Below are positions 48,836 to 59,392 of a stretch of 64,000 bases of DNA, one piece after another. This DNA is from a virus, in IMG/VR virus record IMGVR_UViG_3300042541_001664, positions 9,457 to 73,456 of that record. One strand, given 5' to 3'. Below the pieces are notes generated by a model, which did no database searches, was not told where the DNA came from, and saw only the letters and a program-made list of their open reading frames with translations. A program made the position numbers and the translations under genes. Positions within the stretch are counted from its first letter, which is position 1; the number at the start of each line of letters is the position of its first letter.

Positions 48836-50080
48836 ATGAGTAAATTAAAACCAATTGGAAGTGAAAAGCTACAAGGTAGCCAAAAACTAAATAGAATGTT
48901 GGAAATTGCAATGTACAAAGAAGTGAATAAAAGTACATTAAATGAAAACTTCACAAATGAGTATAATATAAGTTTACCAGATGGTTATCAATATTCTATT
49001 GTAAAAGAAAAATCAGGTTATATAATAAAAAAAGGTTTAAATGAATCAACTTTAGATTACATAGAACCAATGAAGAATAGAACTTATTATAGATCATATT
49101 CACAAGCGTTTAAAAAATTAAATTTAATTACAAAAGAATTAAATGAATTATACGATAATCCAAATGGAGTGTCGTTATTTGGCGAACAGAAAAAATACAC
49201 TTTAAAAACACCAACACCCCCACCACCTCCAGCGCCAGTTGATGAGCCAGCACCAGCACCACCACCAGTTCCACAACCTGAATTACCACCATCACCTCTT
49301 GATGGGGGCGGAGCACCACCTATGGATGATAGTGGTATGCCACCATCTGATGATATGGGAGACATGCCACCTATGGATGATATGGGTGATATGCCTATGG
49401 ATGACGAAATGGGTGATGATATGATGGATAAAGGTGATAAAGGTGAAGAAAAGGTTACATTTAAAACAATCCAGAAATTAACAGGTAGATTAACACAAAA
49501 AGTTAGGGCATTAGAAAATGAAGATGGATTAACATCTGAAGAAATAAAATATGTTGTAAACATGGTATTATCTTCTTTGAATTTAGATATATTAGAAGAA
49601 GATGATAAAGATGATATTATAGCAAAAATTGATGGTTCTGATGAAGAAGGTGGTGAAGAATCTATGGGAGATGAAGGTATGCCACCTATGGATGATATGG
49701 ATGGTATGGGCGAACCACCTATGGATGATACTGGTATGCCACCTGCTGACGATATGGGTGAACCTATGCCAGAAATGACTGAGGATTATGATAACGAAGG
49801 TTACCAATATGGAGGTAGATTTAATGAATCAAAAATTGATAGAATCATTTCAAATTATTTTGAAAAATCCCCTAATGAACCTAAAACAGATAAAAGATTA
49901 ATAGAAAACTTTAAAAAAGTTAGGAATTTATCAAAAAGTATGTTACAATTAGAAACATCGAAATCTTTTTTGAAAAAAAATAAAAATTATAATGTTATTG
50001 GTATAACAAATTTAGATAATATTATTTTAGAAAGTAAAAATAACAAAGTAAAGATTGATAAGAGAGGAAATATTATATGA
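48836..50080 (+). CDS. hypothetical protein with Pro/Asp/Met low-complexity linkers
   Basis: PPPPPAP and (DDMGxMPP)n tracts; several LNE sites. Confidence 0.85.
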   Translation: MSKLKPIGSEKLQGSQKLNRMLEIAMYKEVNKSTLNENFTNEYNISLPDGYQYSIVKEKSGYIIKKGLNESTLDYIEPMKNRTYYRSYSQAFKKLNLITKELNELYDNPNGVSLFGEQKKYTLKTPTPPPPPAPVDEPAPAPPPVPQPELPPSPLDGGGAPPMDDSGMPPSDDMGDMPPMDDMGDMPMDDEMGDDMMDKGDKGEEKVTFKTIQKLTGRLTQKVRALENEDGLTSEEIKYVVNMVLSSLNLDILEEDDKDDIIAKIDGSDEEGGEESMGDEGMPPMDDMDGMGEPPMDDTGMPPADDMGEPMPEMTEDYDNEGYQYGGRFNESKIDRIISNYFEKSPNEPKTDKRLIENFKKVRNLSKSMLQLETSKSFLKKNKNYNVIGITNLDNIILESKNNKVKIDKRGNII

Positions 50081-50469
50081 ACAATTTAATTTTCATAAAC
50101 GCATTAGGTACAAATTATAGAGGTGATAATATATATGAGTTTATATTTTCATCATCGAAATCTGCTTGGGGGGAGGATTGGGAATCTAAACCAGCAAACG
50201 GTAACCCCAGACCACCAGATTTAGAGTATGTTAGTAAAGTAGGAACATTAAATGCAAAATCATATATATTTGAACTAGTACAAAACTCGGATTATTTTTC
50301 AATGAATGATTCTGTTGAAGGTATAATAGCATTAGGCTGGGAAATGGATGAGGATATTAAAAATCGTCTTATTTTTAGATTTGGGGAAACCGAAGAAAAT
50401 ATAAAAAATAAACTTTATTCAAGGGATTTAATCTTAGAATTTGAAAAAATTAGTGTTTATGAGAATTAA
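50077..50469 (+). CDS. hypothetical protein
   Basis: 130 aa, translationally coupled. Confidence 0.8.
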   Translation: MNNLIFINALGTNYRGDNIYEFIFSSSKSAWGEDWESKPANGNPRPPDLEYVSKVGTLNAKSYIFELVQNSDYFSMNDSVEGIIALGWEMDEDIKNRLIFRFGETEENIKNKLYSRDLILEFEKISVYEN

Positions 50470-51238
50470 TAAAAAAATACTACAATTAGTACAAGAAGGT
50501 TTTCAATTGAAAACTTTACAAAAAATGAGTGAAAGTAATGTGAATTATTTATACACTAAACTAATGAATGAGCAAACTTCCACAATTAAAGGGACAATTG
50601 CTACTAAAAATGAACCAAAAGCAATTCAGTTAGCAACTAAGGGTTATAATGTTAGGCTTGAGAAAAAGGAAATGGGTGAGGCAAAGAAAAAACCTCAATC
50701 AAAAAATCCTTTTGCAATTTGTACAGCACAATTAAAAAAAGAATTTGGAACATCTGAAAGAAGTGAATGGACAAAACCACAACTTAAAAAATATGAAAGA
50801 TGTGTTATGGATGTTAAGAAAGGAATAAAAGAAGGTGTAAATCCCGTAGATGTTTTTATTGAAAATGAAATGGATAGAATGATTGAATCCTACACTCAAC
50901 CGAAAATAACAAAAAGCGAATTATTATTGCATTTAAGAGAACAAGATGCCCCAACTATTAAACCAGTTGTAAAACCAGCAAAACCAACTACAAAACCAAC
51001 AAGGAGAGATAATCCATTTATTAACCCAAACCCAAAAGTTAATCCAGATCCAAAAGCCAATACTGAAACAAAACCAATTGTAAAACCAGCAAAACCAACA
51101 ACAAAACCAACAAGGAGAGATAATCCATTTATTAACCCAAACCCAAAAGTTAATCCAGACCCAAAAGCAGTCTCACCTGAAAAAGCAAAAAACGCTATTA
51201 TAGATAATATTATGCAATTACTAAATTTTGAAAACTAA
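50459..51238 (+). CDS. hypothetical protein with a duplicated 37-aa Pro/Lys repeat
   Basis: KPxVKPAKPTTKPTRRDNPFINPNPKVNPDPKA x2 (111-bp period, about 50961-51169). Confidence 0.8.
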   Translation: MRINKKILQLVQEGFQLKTLQKMSESNVNYLYTKLMNEQTSTIKGTIATKNEPKAIQLATKGYNVRLEKKEMGEAKKKPQSKNPFAICTAQLKKEFGTSERSEWTKPQLKKYERCVMDVKKGIKEGVNPVDVFIENEMDRMIESYTQPKITKSELLLHLREQDAPTIKPVVKPAKPTTKPTRRDNPFINPNPKVNPDPKANTETKPIVKPAKPTTKPTRRDNPFINPNPKVNPDPKAVSPEKAKNAIIDNIMQLLNFEN

Positions 51239-52581
51239 TGAAGGATATTAACAAATTAATAAAAAGAAAACTAAAGGAGCAATTAGATTATAGTGGTTCT
51301 GAAAGAATGGATCCAAAACTTGAAAAGAAGTTGGCTGACCCCGAAAGTATGTTTGCTAAGAACCCAGCATTAAAGAGGGGTTCTTTAGATGTTCAAAAAT
51401 TATATAGCAGTTCATTTAATGAATTGGTTGAAAAGGTCAGGAATATGACTGGCAAAGATGACTTGACTCCTAATGAATTGGCTAGTGTAATATCAAGCAC
51501 TATGATGAGAAACGTTCAAGCAATACAGCAGATTGAGAGTTCGAGTAGTGATGAATTAGTAGAAATAGCAATTGAAGAAACATTAAATGAGATGGAAGTT
51601 TCCGATGAAACATTTACTATTAACGCAACATTAGGTATGCCAGGTAGTGATGTGGTGGGAAAAATGAAAAAAGCTAAAGAGAAAATAGAAGATGAATTAA
51701 CTTTTGAGGAACAAGAGGTATTAGATGATGAAGTTTTTAAAAGAGATATTATCAATGCTTTAATCGGTGGGGTAGCAAAAAAAGTACAGTACATTTATGA
51801 AAAACCAGAAGTTAAAGCAAGATTGGATGAAATTAATCCAAGATTATTTCAATTATATAAATCAACATTACCATTAATTGACCTTCATTTTTATTATTTA
51901 AATGAAGATTATATGGATATGGCTAGTGGTGGCGGTGGCGTTGCTGGTGCTGTTGAAGTTGAGGATGAAGAAGATGAAGAAACAAATGAATTAAAAACTG
52001 TTATTAATGCGGCTGGATTTATATTTCCAGTTCTATGTCATGAAATAGGTAAGGGTATTCAAGAAGCATTAGCAAGACAAGGTTATCCATCTGACACTAA
52101 TATGGCTAATATGACATTAGGTCAAGCAGACACATTAAAAGCCGAAACAGAGGGTTTAAGAATTGGACCAGCTATATTAAAGAAGATAAGAGATATTTTA
52201 CCAATGGAGGTATTGGATAAATCAGATGTTGGATTAATCAATTTCTTTTTTGTTGAATTATATAAGATACCTGCAAAAGATTTTCTTAGTTTAATGAAAT
52301 ATGTAATATCAGATAACCCCCAAGATAAGCAATATGCTGAGAGGGAGTTTGAAGAGTTAGTTCAATTAGCAAGACAAGGCAAACAAAGATATATTGATTA
52401 TTTAATGAGCCAATATGATGAAGATGAGGAAGAGTTTGATGATGGTGGATTAGGAGACCAAGATGGTGAAGATGATTCATATTCTGGTGGAAAACAAGGT
52501 GGATTTGACCCAAATGATTATGTAAATGTTAATTTAAAAGATTTATTAAAAGATTTACGAGATGCAAATATGTTGAATTAA
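51238..52581 (+). CDS. hypothetical protein upstream of terminase
   Basis: 447 aa; LKEQ leader; HEIGKG; acidic tail. Confidence 0.85.
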   Translation: MKDINKLIKRKLKEQLDYSGSERMDPKLEKKLADPESMFAKNPALKRGSLDVQKLYSSSFNELVEKVRNMTGKDDLTPNELASVISSTMMRNVQAIQQIESSSSDELVEIAIEETLNEMEVSDETFTINATLGMPGSDVVGKMKKAKEKIEDELTFEEQEVLDDEVFKRDIINALIGGVAKKVQYIYEKPEVKARLDEINPRLFQLYKSTLPLIDLHFYYLNEDYMDMASGGGGVAGAVEVEDEEDEETNELKTVINAAGFIFPVLCHEIGKGIQEALARQGYPSDTNMANMTLGQADTLKAETEGLRIGPAILKKIRDILPMEVLDKSDVGLINFFFVELYKIPAKDFLSLMKYVISDNPQDKQYAEREFEELVQLARQGKQRYIDYLMSQYDEDEEEFDDGGLGDQDGEDDSYSGGKQGGFDPNDYVNVNLKDLLKDLRDANMLN

Positions 52582-52602
52582 ATTTTATTTTTCATAGAAT
52601 TA

Positions 52603-52634
52603 ACCCCCATTCTTAATTAGTTTGGGGGTTTTTT
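52603..52634 (+). terminator. intrinsic terminator, copy of 47517..47549
   Basis: acccccattcttaattagtttgggggtttttt. Confidence 0.75.
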
Positions 52635-52665
52635 ATTTTATGTGTATTTATATATAAAAGTAAAT

Positions 52666-54429
52666 ATGACAAGAGACCAAGTTTTAATAGAATCTAGTAA
52701 GTGTATAAAGAGTACGCCATATTGTTTAAAGACATATTTGCAAACATATGACAATACTTCAAAAAAATATGTACCATTAGATTTATTCCCCGACCAAATT
52801 AAGTTAGTTGAAGATTTTGATAATCATAATGAAAATATTGCATTAAAGTATCGACAAGCGGGTGTTTCTACTGTTACGGCAGCATGGGCATCAAAAAGAC
52901 TAGCATTTGCAAATAAAAATAAGCCAGAGAAAATACTAATTATTGCCAATAAATTAGATACTGCTGTTGAGATGGCAAATAAAGTTCGTCATTTTATTGA
53001 ACAATGGCCAAAATGGATTGGTATTGGATTTTCAGTTGAAAAAAACTCTGCCAGACATTTTAAATTAAATAATGATTGTGAGGTTAAGGCGGTGGCAACA
53101 TCAAAGGATGCATTAAGGGGTTATACCCCAACCATTTTGATATTTGATGAGGCCGCATACATTGAGGCTGACCCAGACTTTTGGGCAGCGAGTATGGCAT
53201 CTCTTTCAACAGGGGGTAAGGTAATAGTTATATCAACTCCAAATGGTTATGATGCAATATATTATGAGATATATGACCAAGCATTAAGAAATATCAATGA
53301 CTTCAAGATTACTGAAATGGTTTGGTATAGGGATCCTAGATACACAAAGGATTTGTATATGGTTAAAACGAAGGATATGATTCATTATTTATTAAATAAA
53401 GAAGAATATACATCAGACAATATTATAAACTTATCAACAGATAATCCGTATGAACGTGACCACGATAAAGTTACCTCATATATTGAAGAGGGGTATAAGC
53501 CATGTTCTTCTTGGTATGAAGGTATGGTTAAAAAATTAAAGTATGATAAGAGAAAGGTATCACAAGAGATAGAGAGTAATTTCTTGGGTTCTGGTGATAA
53601 CGTATTTGATTCAAATTTGTTAATGGACATTAACAAAAATATGTTAATGAATCCCATATCAAAATTAATGGGAAATAGCTTATGGTTGTTTAAAGAACCA
53701 GAAAATGGACATAGATATGTTGCTGGGGTCGATGTTTCAAGGGGTGATTCTGAGGATTTTTCTACAATACAAATTATTGATTTTGATACGCAAGAGCAAG
53801 TTTTAGAATATGTAGGTAAGATACCCCCAGACATATTAGCCGAAGTCGCATTTAAATGGTGTACAATGTATAGAGCATTTGTTGTTGTGGATTTAACTGG
53901 GGGTATGGGCGTTGCCACAGCAAGGAAATTACAAGAATTAAATTATCCTAGTTTGTATTATGATAATGTTGATTCAAGCAATAGGTGGAAATATGACCCC
54001 AAGATGAATGAAAGAATACCGGGTATAAATTTCAATAGCAAAAGAGTTCAGATAATTGCATCTTTTGAAGAATGTTTAAGGCATAACTTTAAAATTTATT
54101 CAAATAGACTATACAATGAGATGAATACCTTTATATATATAAATGGAAGACCAGATCACCAGAAGGGGCATCATGATGATTGTATTATGGCAATAGCTAT
54201 GGCAACTTATGTGGCTGAAAAATCTTTCCAATCGCTTGAAAAAGTTGTAAACCACACAAAAGCTATGATTAACTCTTGGTCAACTCACAGTAATACATAT
54301 AACGACCAATCTCTGTATTTCAACCCATTAGTACCAGCAGGTAATAGATATAATGCGAATATAAATAATAATCCAACACTAAATGACTACCAAAAATACG
54401 ATTGGTTATTTGGTGCACCAAAAAGATAA
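52666..54429 (+). CDS. terL: terminase large subunit (T4 gp17-like)
   Basis: KYRQAGVST, IFDEAA, ISTPNG, nuclease GVDVSRG and HDDCIMA. Confidence 0.95.
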   Translation: MTRDQVLIESSKCIKSTPYCLKTYLQTYDNTSKKYVPLDLFPDQIKLVEDFDNHNENIALKYRQAGVSTVTAAWASKRLAFANKNKPEKILIIANKLDTAVEMANKVRHFIEQWPKWIGIGFSVEKNSARHFKLNNDCEVKAVATSKDALRGYTPTILIFDEAAYIEADPDFWAASMASLSTGGKVIVISTPNGYDAIYYEIYDQALRNINDFKITEMVWYRDPRYTKDLYMVKTKDMIHYLLNKEEYTSDNIINLSTDNPYERDHDKVTSYIEEGYKPCSSWYEGMVKKLKYDKRKVSQEIESNFLGSGDNVFDSNLLMDINKNMLMNPISKLMGNSLWLFKEPENGHRYVAGVDVSRGDSEDFSTIQIIDFDTQEQVLEYVGKIPPDILAEVAFKWCTMYRAFVVVDLTGGMGVATARKLQELNYPSLYYDNVDSSNRWKYDPKMNERIPGINFNSKRVQIIASFEECLRHNFKIYSNRLYNEMNTFIYINGRPDHQKGHHDDCIMAIAMATYVAEKSFQSLEKVVNHTKAMINSWSTHSNTYNDQSLYFNPLVPAGNRYNANINNNPTLNDYQKYDWLFGAPKR

Positions 54430-54438
54430 TAAAATTTT

Positions 54439-56313
54439 ATGGAAAATAATAATATTAATAGTAATGAAAATAAAACTGTTTGGCAAAGGTTGTCACACAC
54501 ATTTGGACCAAACTCATTATTAAATCAAGATGTTCCAACGTATAAATTTGATAAAAAAGAATTATTAAGGACACAGAATAAAGTTGAATTTGAAAGAGAA
54601 AAGTTACAAGCGCAGCAATCTTTTTATTTGGCAAATCAATGGGGTAAAATTGATAATCATTTATATACACAAGCGGTTTATTATGAACCAACTAGGTTAG
54701 CATCTGTCTATGATTTCGAAAGTATGGAGTATACCCCAGAAATCGGTGCAGCATTGGATATCTATTCAGAAGAATCAACAACGACAGATGAAAATGGTTT
54801 TATGTTACAAATATATTCTGAATCAAAAAGAATAAAATCGGTATTAACAGATTTATTTAATAACGCTTTAGATATCAACACAAACTTACCTATGTGGACA
54901 AGAAACGCTTGCAAATATGGGGATAATTTTGTTTATTTAAAACTGGATCCAGAAAAAGGTATTGTTGGTTGCAATCAATTGCCAAATATTGAAATTGAAA
55001 GATTAGAACCTGGTGGTTCAGATAAAACACCAGCATACGGTGATTTATCAGATAGGAATAAAACATTAATGTTTAAATGGAAAAATAAAAGTATGGAATT
55101 CCAACCTTGGGAAATTGCACACTTTAGAATACTGGGGGATGATAGAAAACTACCTTATGGTACATCTCTATTGGAAAAAGCAAGACGTACTTGGAAACAA
55201 CTTTTATTAGCTGAGGATGCTATGTTAATATATAGAACATCAAGAGCACCAGAACGTAGAGTATTTAAGGTTTTTGTCGGTAATATGGATGACAACGATG
55301 TTGAAGCGTATGTACAACGTGTTGCAAACAAATTCAAAAGGGAACAAATTGTTGATAACAAAACTGGTAATGTCGATATGCGTTTTAATCAAATGGCAGT
55401 TGACCAAGACTATTTTGTACCTGTAAGGGATCCAAATCAAGTAAGTCCAATTGACACATTACCTGGAGCAACAAATCTTTCTGAAATAGCAGATATTGAG
55501 TATATTCAGAAAAAATTGGTAACGGCATTAAGAATACCAAAAACATTTTTAGGATTTGAAGAAGCGTTTGGTGATGGTAAAGGTTTATCTGTTCAAGATA
55601 TTAGATTTGCTAGAACGATAAATAGAATACAAAAATGTATGATTGCAGAAATGAATAAAATTGCAATAATACATTTATTCTTATTGGGTTTTGAAGACGA
55701 AATATCTAATTTTACATTAGGATTAACTAATCCATCCACACAATCAGATTTATTAAAAATTGATATATGGAAAGAAAAGATTATGCTTTATAGAGATGCA
55801 GTTGCAGACCCAGGTAGTGGTATTGCCCCAGTTTCAGCTACATGGGCTAAAAAGCATATTTTTGGTTGGTCTGATGAAGAGATAAGATTGGATTTACAGC
55901 AACAAAGAATTGAAAAAGCAGCAGGTGAAGAATTGAAACAAACGCAATTAGTAATAAAGAAAACTGGTTTATTTGATAATATTGATAAACTATATGGTGA
56001 AGTTTCTGGTGCAACAACTGGGCAAGCAACAACCACTGAACCACCAATGGGTGGTGATATGGGGGGCGATATGGGCGGATTAGATATGGGTGGATTAGAT
56101 ATGGGCGGTGAAGCTCCTCTCCCACCACCAGCGGAAGCCCCACCAGCGGGTGAGACCGAAGGTGCACCAGGTTTAGCCCCAGAATCGAGAATACGAAATT
56201 TGAATATTTTGGTTGAAAACAATTATATTAATGGTCCAGAATATATGAAATTAACAAAAGGCCAAAATTCTTTAAACGAAATTGAGCAACAACTAAAAAA
56301 GTTATTAAACTAA
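54439..56313 (+). CDS. portal protein (T4 gp20-like)
   Basis: EDAMLIYRTSRAPERRVF, QDYFVP, IDTLPG, ALRIPK, DIRFAR. Confidence 0.95.
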   Translation: MENNNINSNENKTVWQRLSHTFGPNSLLNQDVPTYKFDKKELLRTQNKVEFEREKLQAQQSFYLANQWGKIDNHLYTQAVYYEPTRLASVYDFESMEYTPEIGAALDIYSEESTTTDENGFMLQIYSESKRIKSVLTDLFNNALDINTNLPMWTRNACKYGDNFVYLKLDPEKGIVGCNQLPNIEIERLEPGGSDKTPAYGDLSDRNKTLMFKWKNKSMEFQPWEIAHFRILGDDRKLPYGTSLLEKARRTWKQLLLAEDAMLIYRTSRAPERRVFKVFVGNMDDNDVEAYVQRVANKFKREQIVDNKTGNVDMRFNQMAVDQDYFVPVRDPNQVSPIDTLPGATNLSEIADIEYIQKKLVTALRIPKTFLGFEEAFGDGKGLSVQDIRFARTINRIQKCMIAEMNKIAIIHLFLLGFEDEISNFTLGLTNPSTQSDLLKIDIWKEKIMLYRDAVADPGSGIAPVSATWAKKHIFGWSDEEIRLDLQQQRIEKAAGEELKQTQLVIKKTGLFDNIDKLYGEVSGATTGQATTTEPPMGGDMGGDMGGLDMGGLDMGGEAPLPPPAEAPPAGETEGAPGLAPESRIRNLNILVENNYINGPEYMKLTKGQNSLNEIEQQLKKLLN

Positions 56314-56337
56314 TAATATTTATATAAAAAAATAATT

Positions 56338-57039
56338 ATGAAATTCGGTGAAGTTAAAACAATTGTAGAAAATAATTTAATTGATTCTGTTAAGGATAAA
56401 AGTATTTTTAAAGAAAATATAAAAAACTTTAAAAAGCATTTCTTAAAAGACCCAAACTTATCTAAGTTATACTTAATATATGATGATTTATTAAAGCCTA
56501 GGGGGTTAAATGAAGAAGAGGCTAATAAGTATTTAACCGAGGGAATTAATTGGGCAAAATCTTTACTTAAAACCACTAACATACCAATAGTTAAGAATAA
56601 AATAAATGAAAACAATTATCAAATTATTGATTCATTAGTATATGAGTCAGCAAGAACAATTGATGAATCTTTGGATTTTAAAAATAAAATATTAACCATA
56701 CTTCAAACAAAGCCTTCGGATAATACAAAAATCATTAAGTTACCAATCAGCACAATGGTTAAAATATCAAATGAAAAAATTAGCGAATATCTGGGTAGAT
56801 TTGATGAATCTTCGAGAAAAGAATTAATTTCATTATTGTCAGAAAACAAAGATGATTTGAAGAATAAATTTAAAGACTTGAAAGAAAGTACTATAATAAA
56901 ATTAAATTCATTAAAAGAGTCTGAAAATGATTTAGAAGTGAAAAATAAAATAGATAAAACAATTACAAAAGTCACATTAGAAAGTTTTGATATTTTAAAT
57001 TATCATACATTAAATAAACTAAATGAATCACTTAATTAA
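56338..57039 (+). CDS. head-module hypothetical protein
   Basis: 233 aa between portal and protease; ATATTTAT upstream. Confidence 0.8.
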   Translation: MKFGEVKTIVENNLIDSVKDKSIFKENIKNFKKHFLKDPNLSKLYLIYDDLLKPRGLNEEEANKYLTEGINWAKSLLKTTNIPIVKNKINENNYQIIDSLVYESARTIDESLDFKNKILTILQTKPSDNTKIIKLPISTMVKISNEKISEYLGRFDESSRKELISLLSENKDDLKNKFKDLKESTIIKLNSLKESENDLEVKNKIDKTITKVTLESFDILNYHTLNKLNESLN

Positions 57040-57098
57040 AACAATTATTTGACGTAACCATTATTTTTCGTTATACTTTTGACATAATAACTAAGTAA

Positions 57099-57539
57099 AT
57101 GAAAAATGGGAAGAAGGTAAAACTAAAAATTTATAACAATTTAAAAATATTCTATGGTACAATTGATTACAAAGAACTGAAATCTATTTACATCACTATA
57201 CAGGCTTGGGCTGAACCAAAAATTTATAGTGAAAATTGGAAGAGAATTGTATTATCACAAAGTAGAGAAATAAAACATACTATCTACGATAATATAACCA
57301 ATAATATTTTTTATGAAAATATTATTGTAGATTTGGATGTTAGATACAGCGGTATCGAGATTGAAAAAAAATCATTTATGAATCTTGAAATCACACTATT
57401 AACCAAACCAAATATTGATTTTAAGGCTCAATCTACCAAAGATTCAGTTAAGAAAATAATCAGACAAGTTTGTATGAATAATTTAAATAGGAATAAATAT
57501 TTTGATTTTTATTTAACAAAAAGAGATTTAATTGTTTAA
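57099..57539 (+). CDS. hypothetical protein
   Basis: 146 aa ORF. Confidence 0.8.
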   Translation: MKNGKKVKLKIYNNLKIFYGTIDYKELKSIYITIQAWAEPKIYSENWKRIVLSQSREIKHTIYDNITNNIFYENIIVDLDVRYSGIEIEKKSFMNLEITLLTKPNIDFKAQSTKDSVKKIIRQVCMNNLNRNKYFDFYLTKRDLIV

Positions 57540-57576
57540 ATTAATATATTTTAATATTTATTATTAAAATAATATT

Positions 57577-58278
57577 ATGAATACTCTGAGAATATTAGAA
57601 GCAAATGAAATTGGTCACGGGATATTAATAGAATCCGATGCTGGGTGGATTAACCCCAAAGACCAATTAAATGTTAATTTAATACAAGAAAACAAAAAGT
57701 TAGATTATAAGAACCCTTTTGAATTTTATGCTGTATTGCAAAAGCACGATGTACCAAATAGAAATGGTAGAACATATCCCGAAAAAATATTAAGAAGGGA
57801 GGCTGAAAGATACAAGCAAATTATTGAAAAGGGTTTATCTACATCCGAATTAAATCACCCCGAATCATCCTTAATTGACTTAGATAGAGTTGCCCACTTA
57901 ATAACAGAAATTTGGTGGGATGACAATATATTAATGGGTAAATTATTGCTATTAACCTCTCCTGGCTTTCACCAGAGCGGTGTTGTATCAACCAAGGGTG
58001 ATGTTGCCGCAAATCTAATGAGGCAAGGAGTAAGCCTAGGAATCAGTTCTAGGGGGGTTGGATCACTTAAAAAAGTTGGGGAGAAAAATGAGGTTCAAGA
58101 TGACTTCGAATTGATTTGTTTTGATTTGGTTTCATCGCCATCAACGCCTGGGGCATACTTGTTCTCAAATAAGGAAGATAGGCATAAGTATGATGAAAAA
58201 CTAGAAGAAGAAAAGAAAATTGACCCCTCAACTAATATATTAAAATTAATGAATAAACTTGATAGTTATTTAAAATAA
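57577..58278 (+). CDS. prohead core protein protease (T4 gp21-like)
   Basis: NRNGRTYP, ELNHP, GISSRGVGSL, FDLVSSPSTPGA. Confidence 0.95.
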   Translation: MNTLRILEANEIGHGILIESDAGWINPKDQLNVNLIQENKKLDYKNPFEFYAVLQKHDVPNRNGRTYPEKILRREAERYKQIIEKGLSTSELNHPESSLIDLDRVAHLITEIWWDDNILMGKLLLLTSPGFHQSGVVSTKGDVAANLMRQGVSLGISSRGVGSLKKVGEKNEVQDDFELICFDLVSSPSTPGAYLFSNKEDRHKYDEKLEEEKKIDPSTNILKLMNKLDSYLK

Positions 58279-58279
58279 A

Positions 58280-58987
58280 ATGGAACCCAACACATTAAAA
58301 AACATATTTAATTTTCTTGAAAAGAATGATAACAGAAATGTACCATTTATATGGAAAATGAAAAATAATATGCCATTAACAGAAGAAGATTTGAATGTTA
58401 AAGGTGATTTGCATTTATCAAATAGAAACATAACCTCACTACCAAAAGGCTTGAAAGTTTATGGGAATATGAGTTTAGGGTATAGTAAAGTAAGAAAATT
58501 ACCAGAAGGATTAGAAGTTGGCGGCACGCTAAATGTTTCTGATAGTATGATAAGAACATTACCAAAAGGATTAAAAGTTAATGATAATCTGATTATGTCT
58601 TTTACAAGTATAGGAATACTACCAAAAGGATTGGAAGTTGGTGGAGTTATCTATGCAATAAATAGTCATATATTTAATATAGGTGAAATACCAAAAGGTG
58701 TAATAACACAAGGAATTGTAACTACCTCCGAATTAATAGTTAATTCAAATTTAACAATAACTGATGATTTGGATTTATCATTTACAAACATAACCTCACT
58801 ACCAAAAGGATTAAAAGTTAATGGCAATCTGTTTTTAGGGGATTCAAGTATAAAATCATTACCAGAAGGATTACAAGTTGGTGGTAATTTAAATATTAGA
58901 AATACACGATTAGCAAAACGTTCAGATGAATATTTACTAAAAATGATTGGTCCAACTGGCAATATAAAAGGTTCAATAAATAGATAA
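58280..58987 (+). CDS. LRR-like solenoid protein, paralog 8 (about 7 repeats, one degenerate)
   Basis: same caps and repeats. Confidence 0.9.
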   Translation: MEPNTLKNIFNFLEKNDNRNVPFIWKMKNNMPLTEEDLNVKGDLHLSNRNITSLPKGLKVYGNMSLGYSKVRKLPEGLEVGGTLNVSDSMIRTLPKGLKVNDNLIMSFTSIGILPKGLEVGGVIYAINSHIFNIGEIPKGVITQGIVTTSELIVNSNLTITDDLDLSFTNITSLPKGLKVNGNLFLGDSSIKSLPEGLQVGGNLNIRNTRLAKRSDEYLLKMIGPTGNIKGSINR

Positions 58988-58989
58988 TA

Positions 58990-59391
58990 ATGGAAATAGC
59001 AACATTAAAAAACATATTTAATTTCCTTGAAGTAAATGAAAAAAAATTATCCATAAAATGGAAAATGATGAATAAAATCCCCTTTACTAAAGAACAATTA
59101 TATGTCAAAGGTGATTTGGATTTACAAGGGGAAGACATAGAACAATTGCCAGCAGGGTTATATGTTAAACGTAATTTATTGTTAAATGCCACACCAATAA
59201 AAAAATTACCAAAAGGTTTAAGAGTTGGTGGTGATTTGCAGTTACAAGATTGTGAAAATTTAAAATCACTACCAAAAGATTTAAAAGTTCGGGGTAATAT
59301 ATGGCTTGGTGGTACACCATTAGGAAGAATGTCAGATGAGAAAATATTAAACATGGTAAAACCAGATGGCTATATAGGTAACATATATTAA
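58990..59391 (+). CDS. LRR-like solenoid protein, paralog 9 (3 repeats)
   Basis: same caps and repeats. Confidence 0.9.
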   Translation: MEIATLKNIFNFLEVNEKKLSIKWKMMNKIPFTKEQLYVKGDLDLQGEDIEQLPAGLYVKRNLLLNATPIKKLPKGLRVGGDLQLQDCENLKSLPKDLKVRGNIWLGGTPLGRMSDEKILNMVKPDGYIGNIY

Positions 59392-59392
59392 A

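Noticed and set aside
52666-54429. Intein or intron in terminase or other core genes
   Set aside because: Normal length, continuous motifs and no splice-junction signatures.
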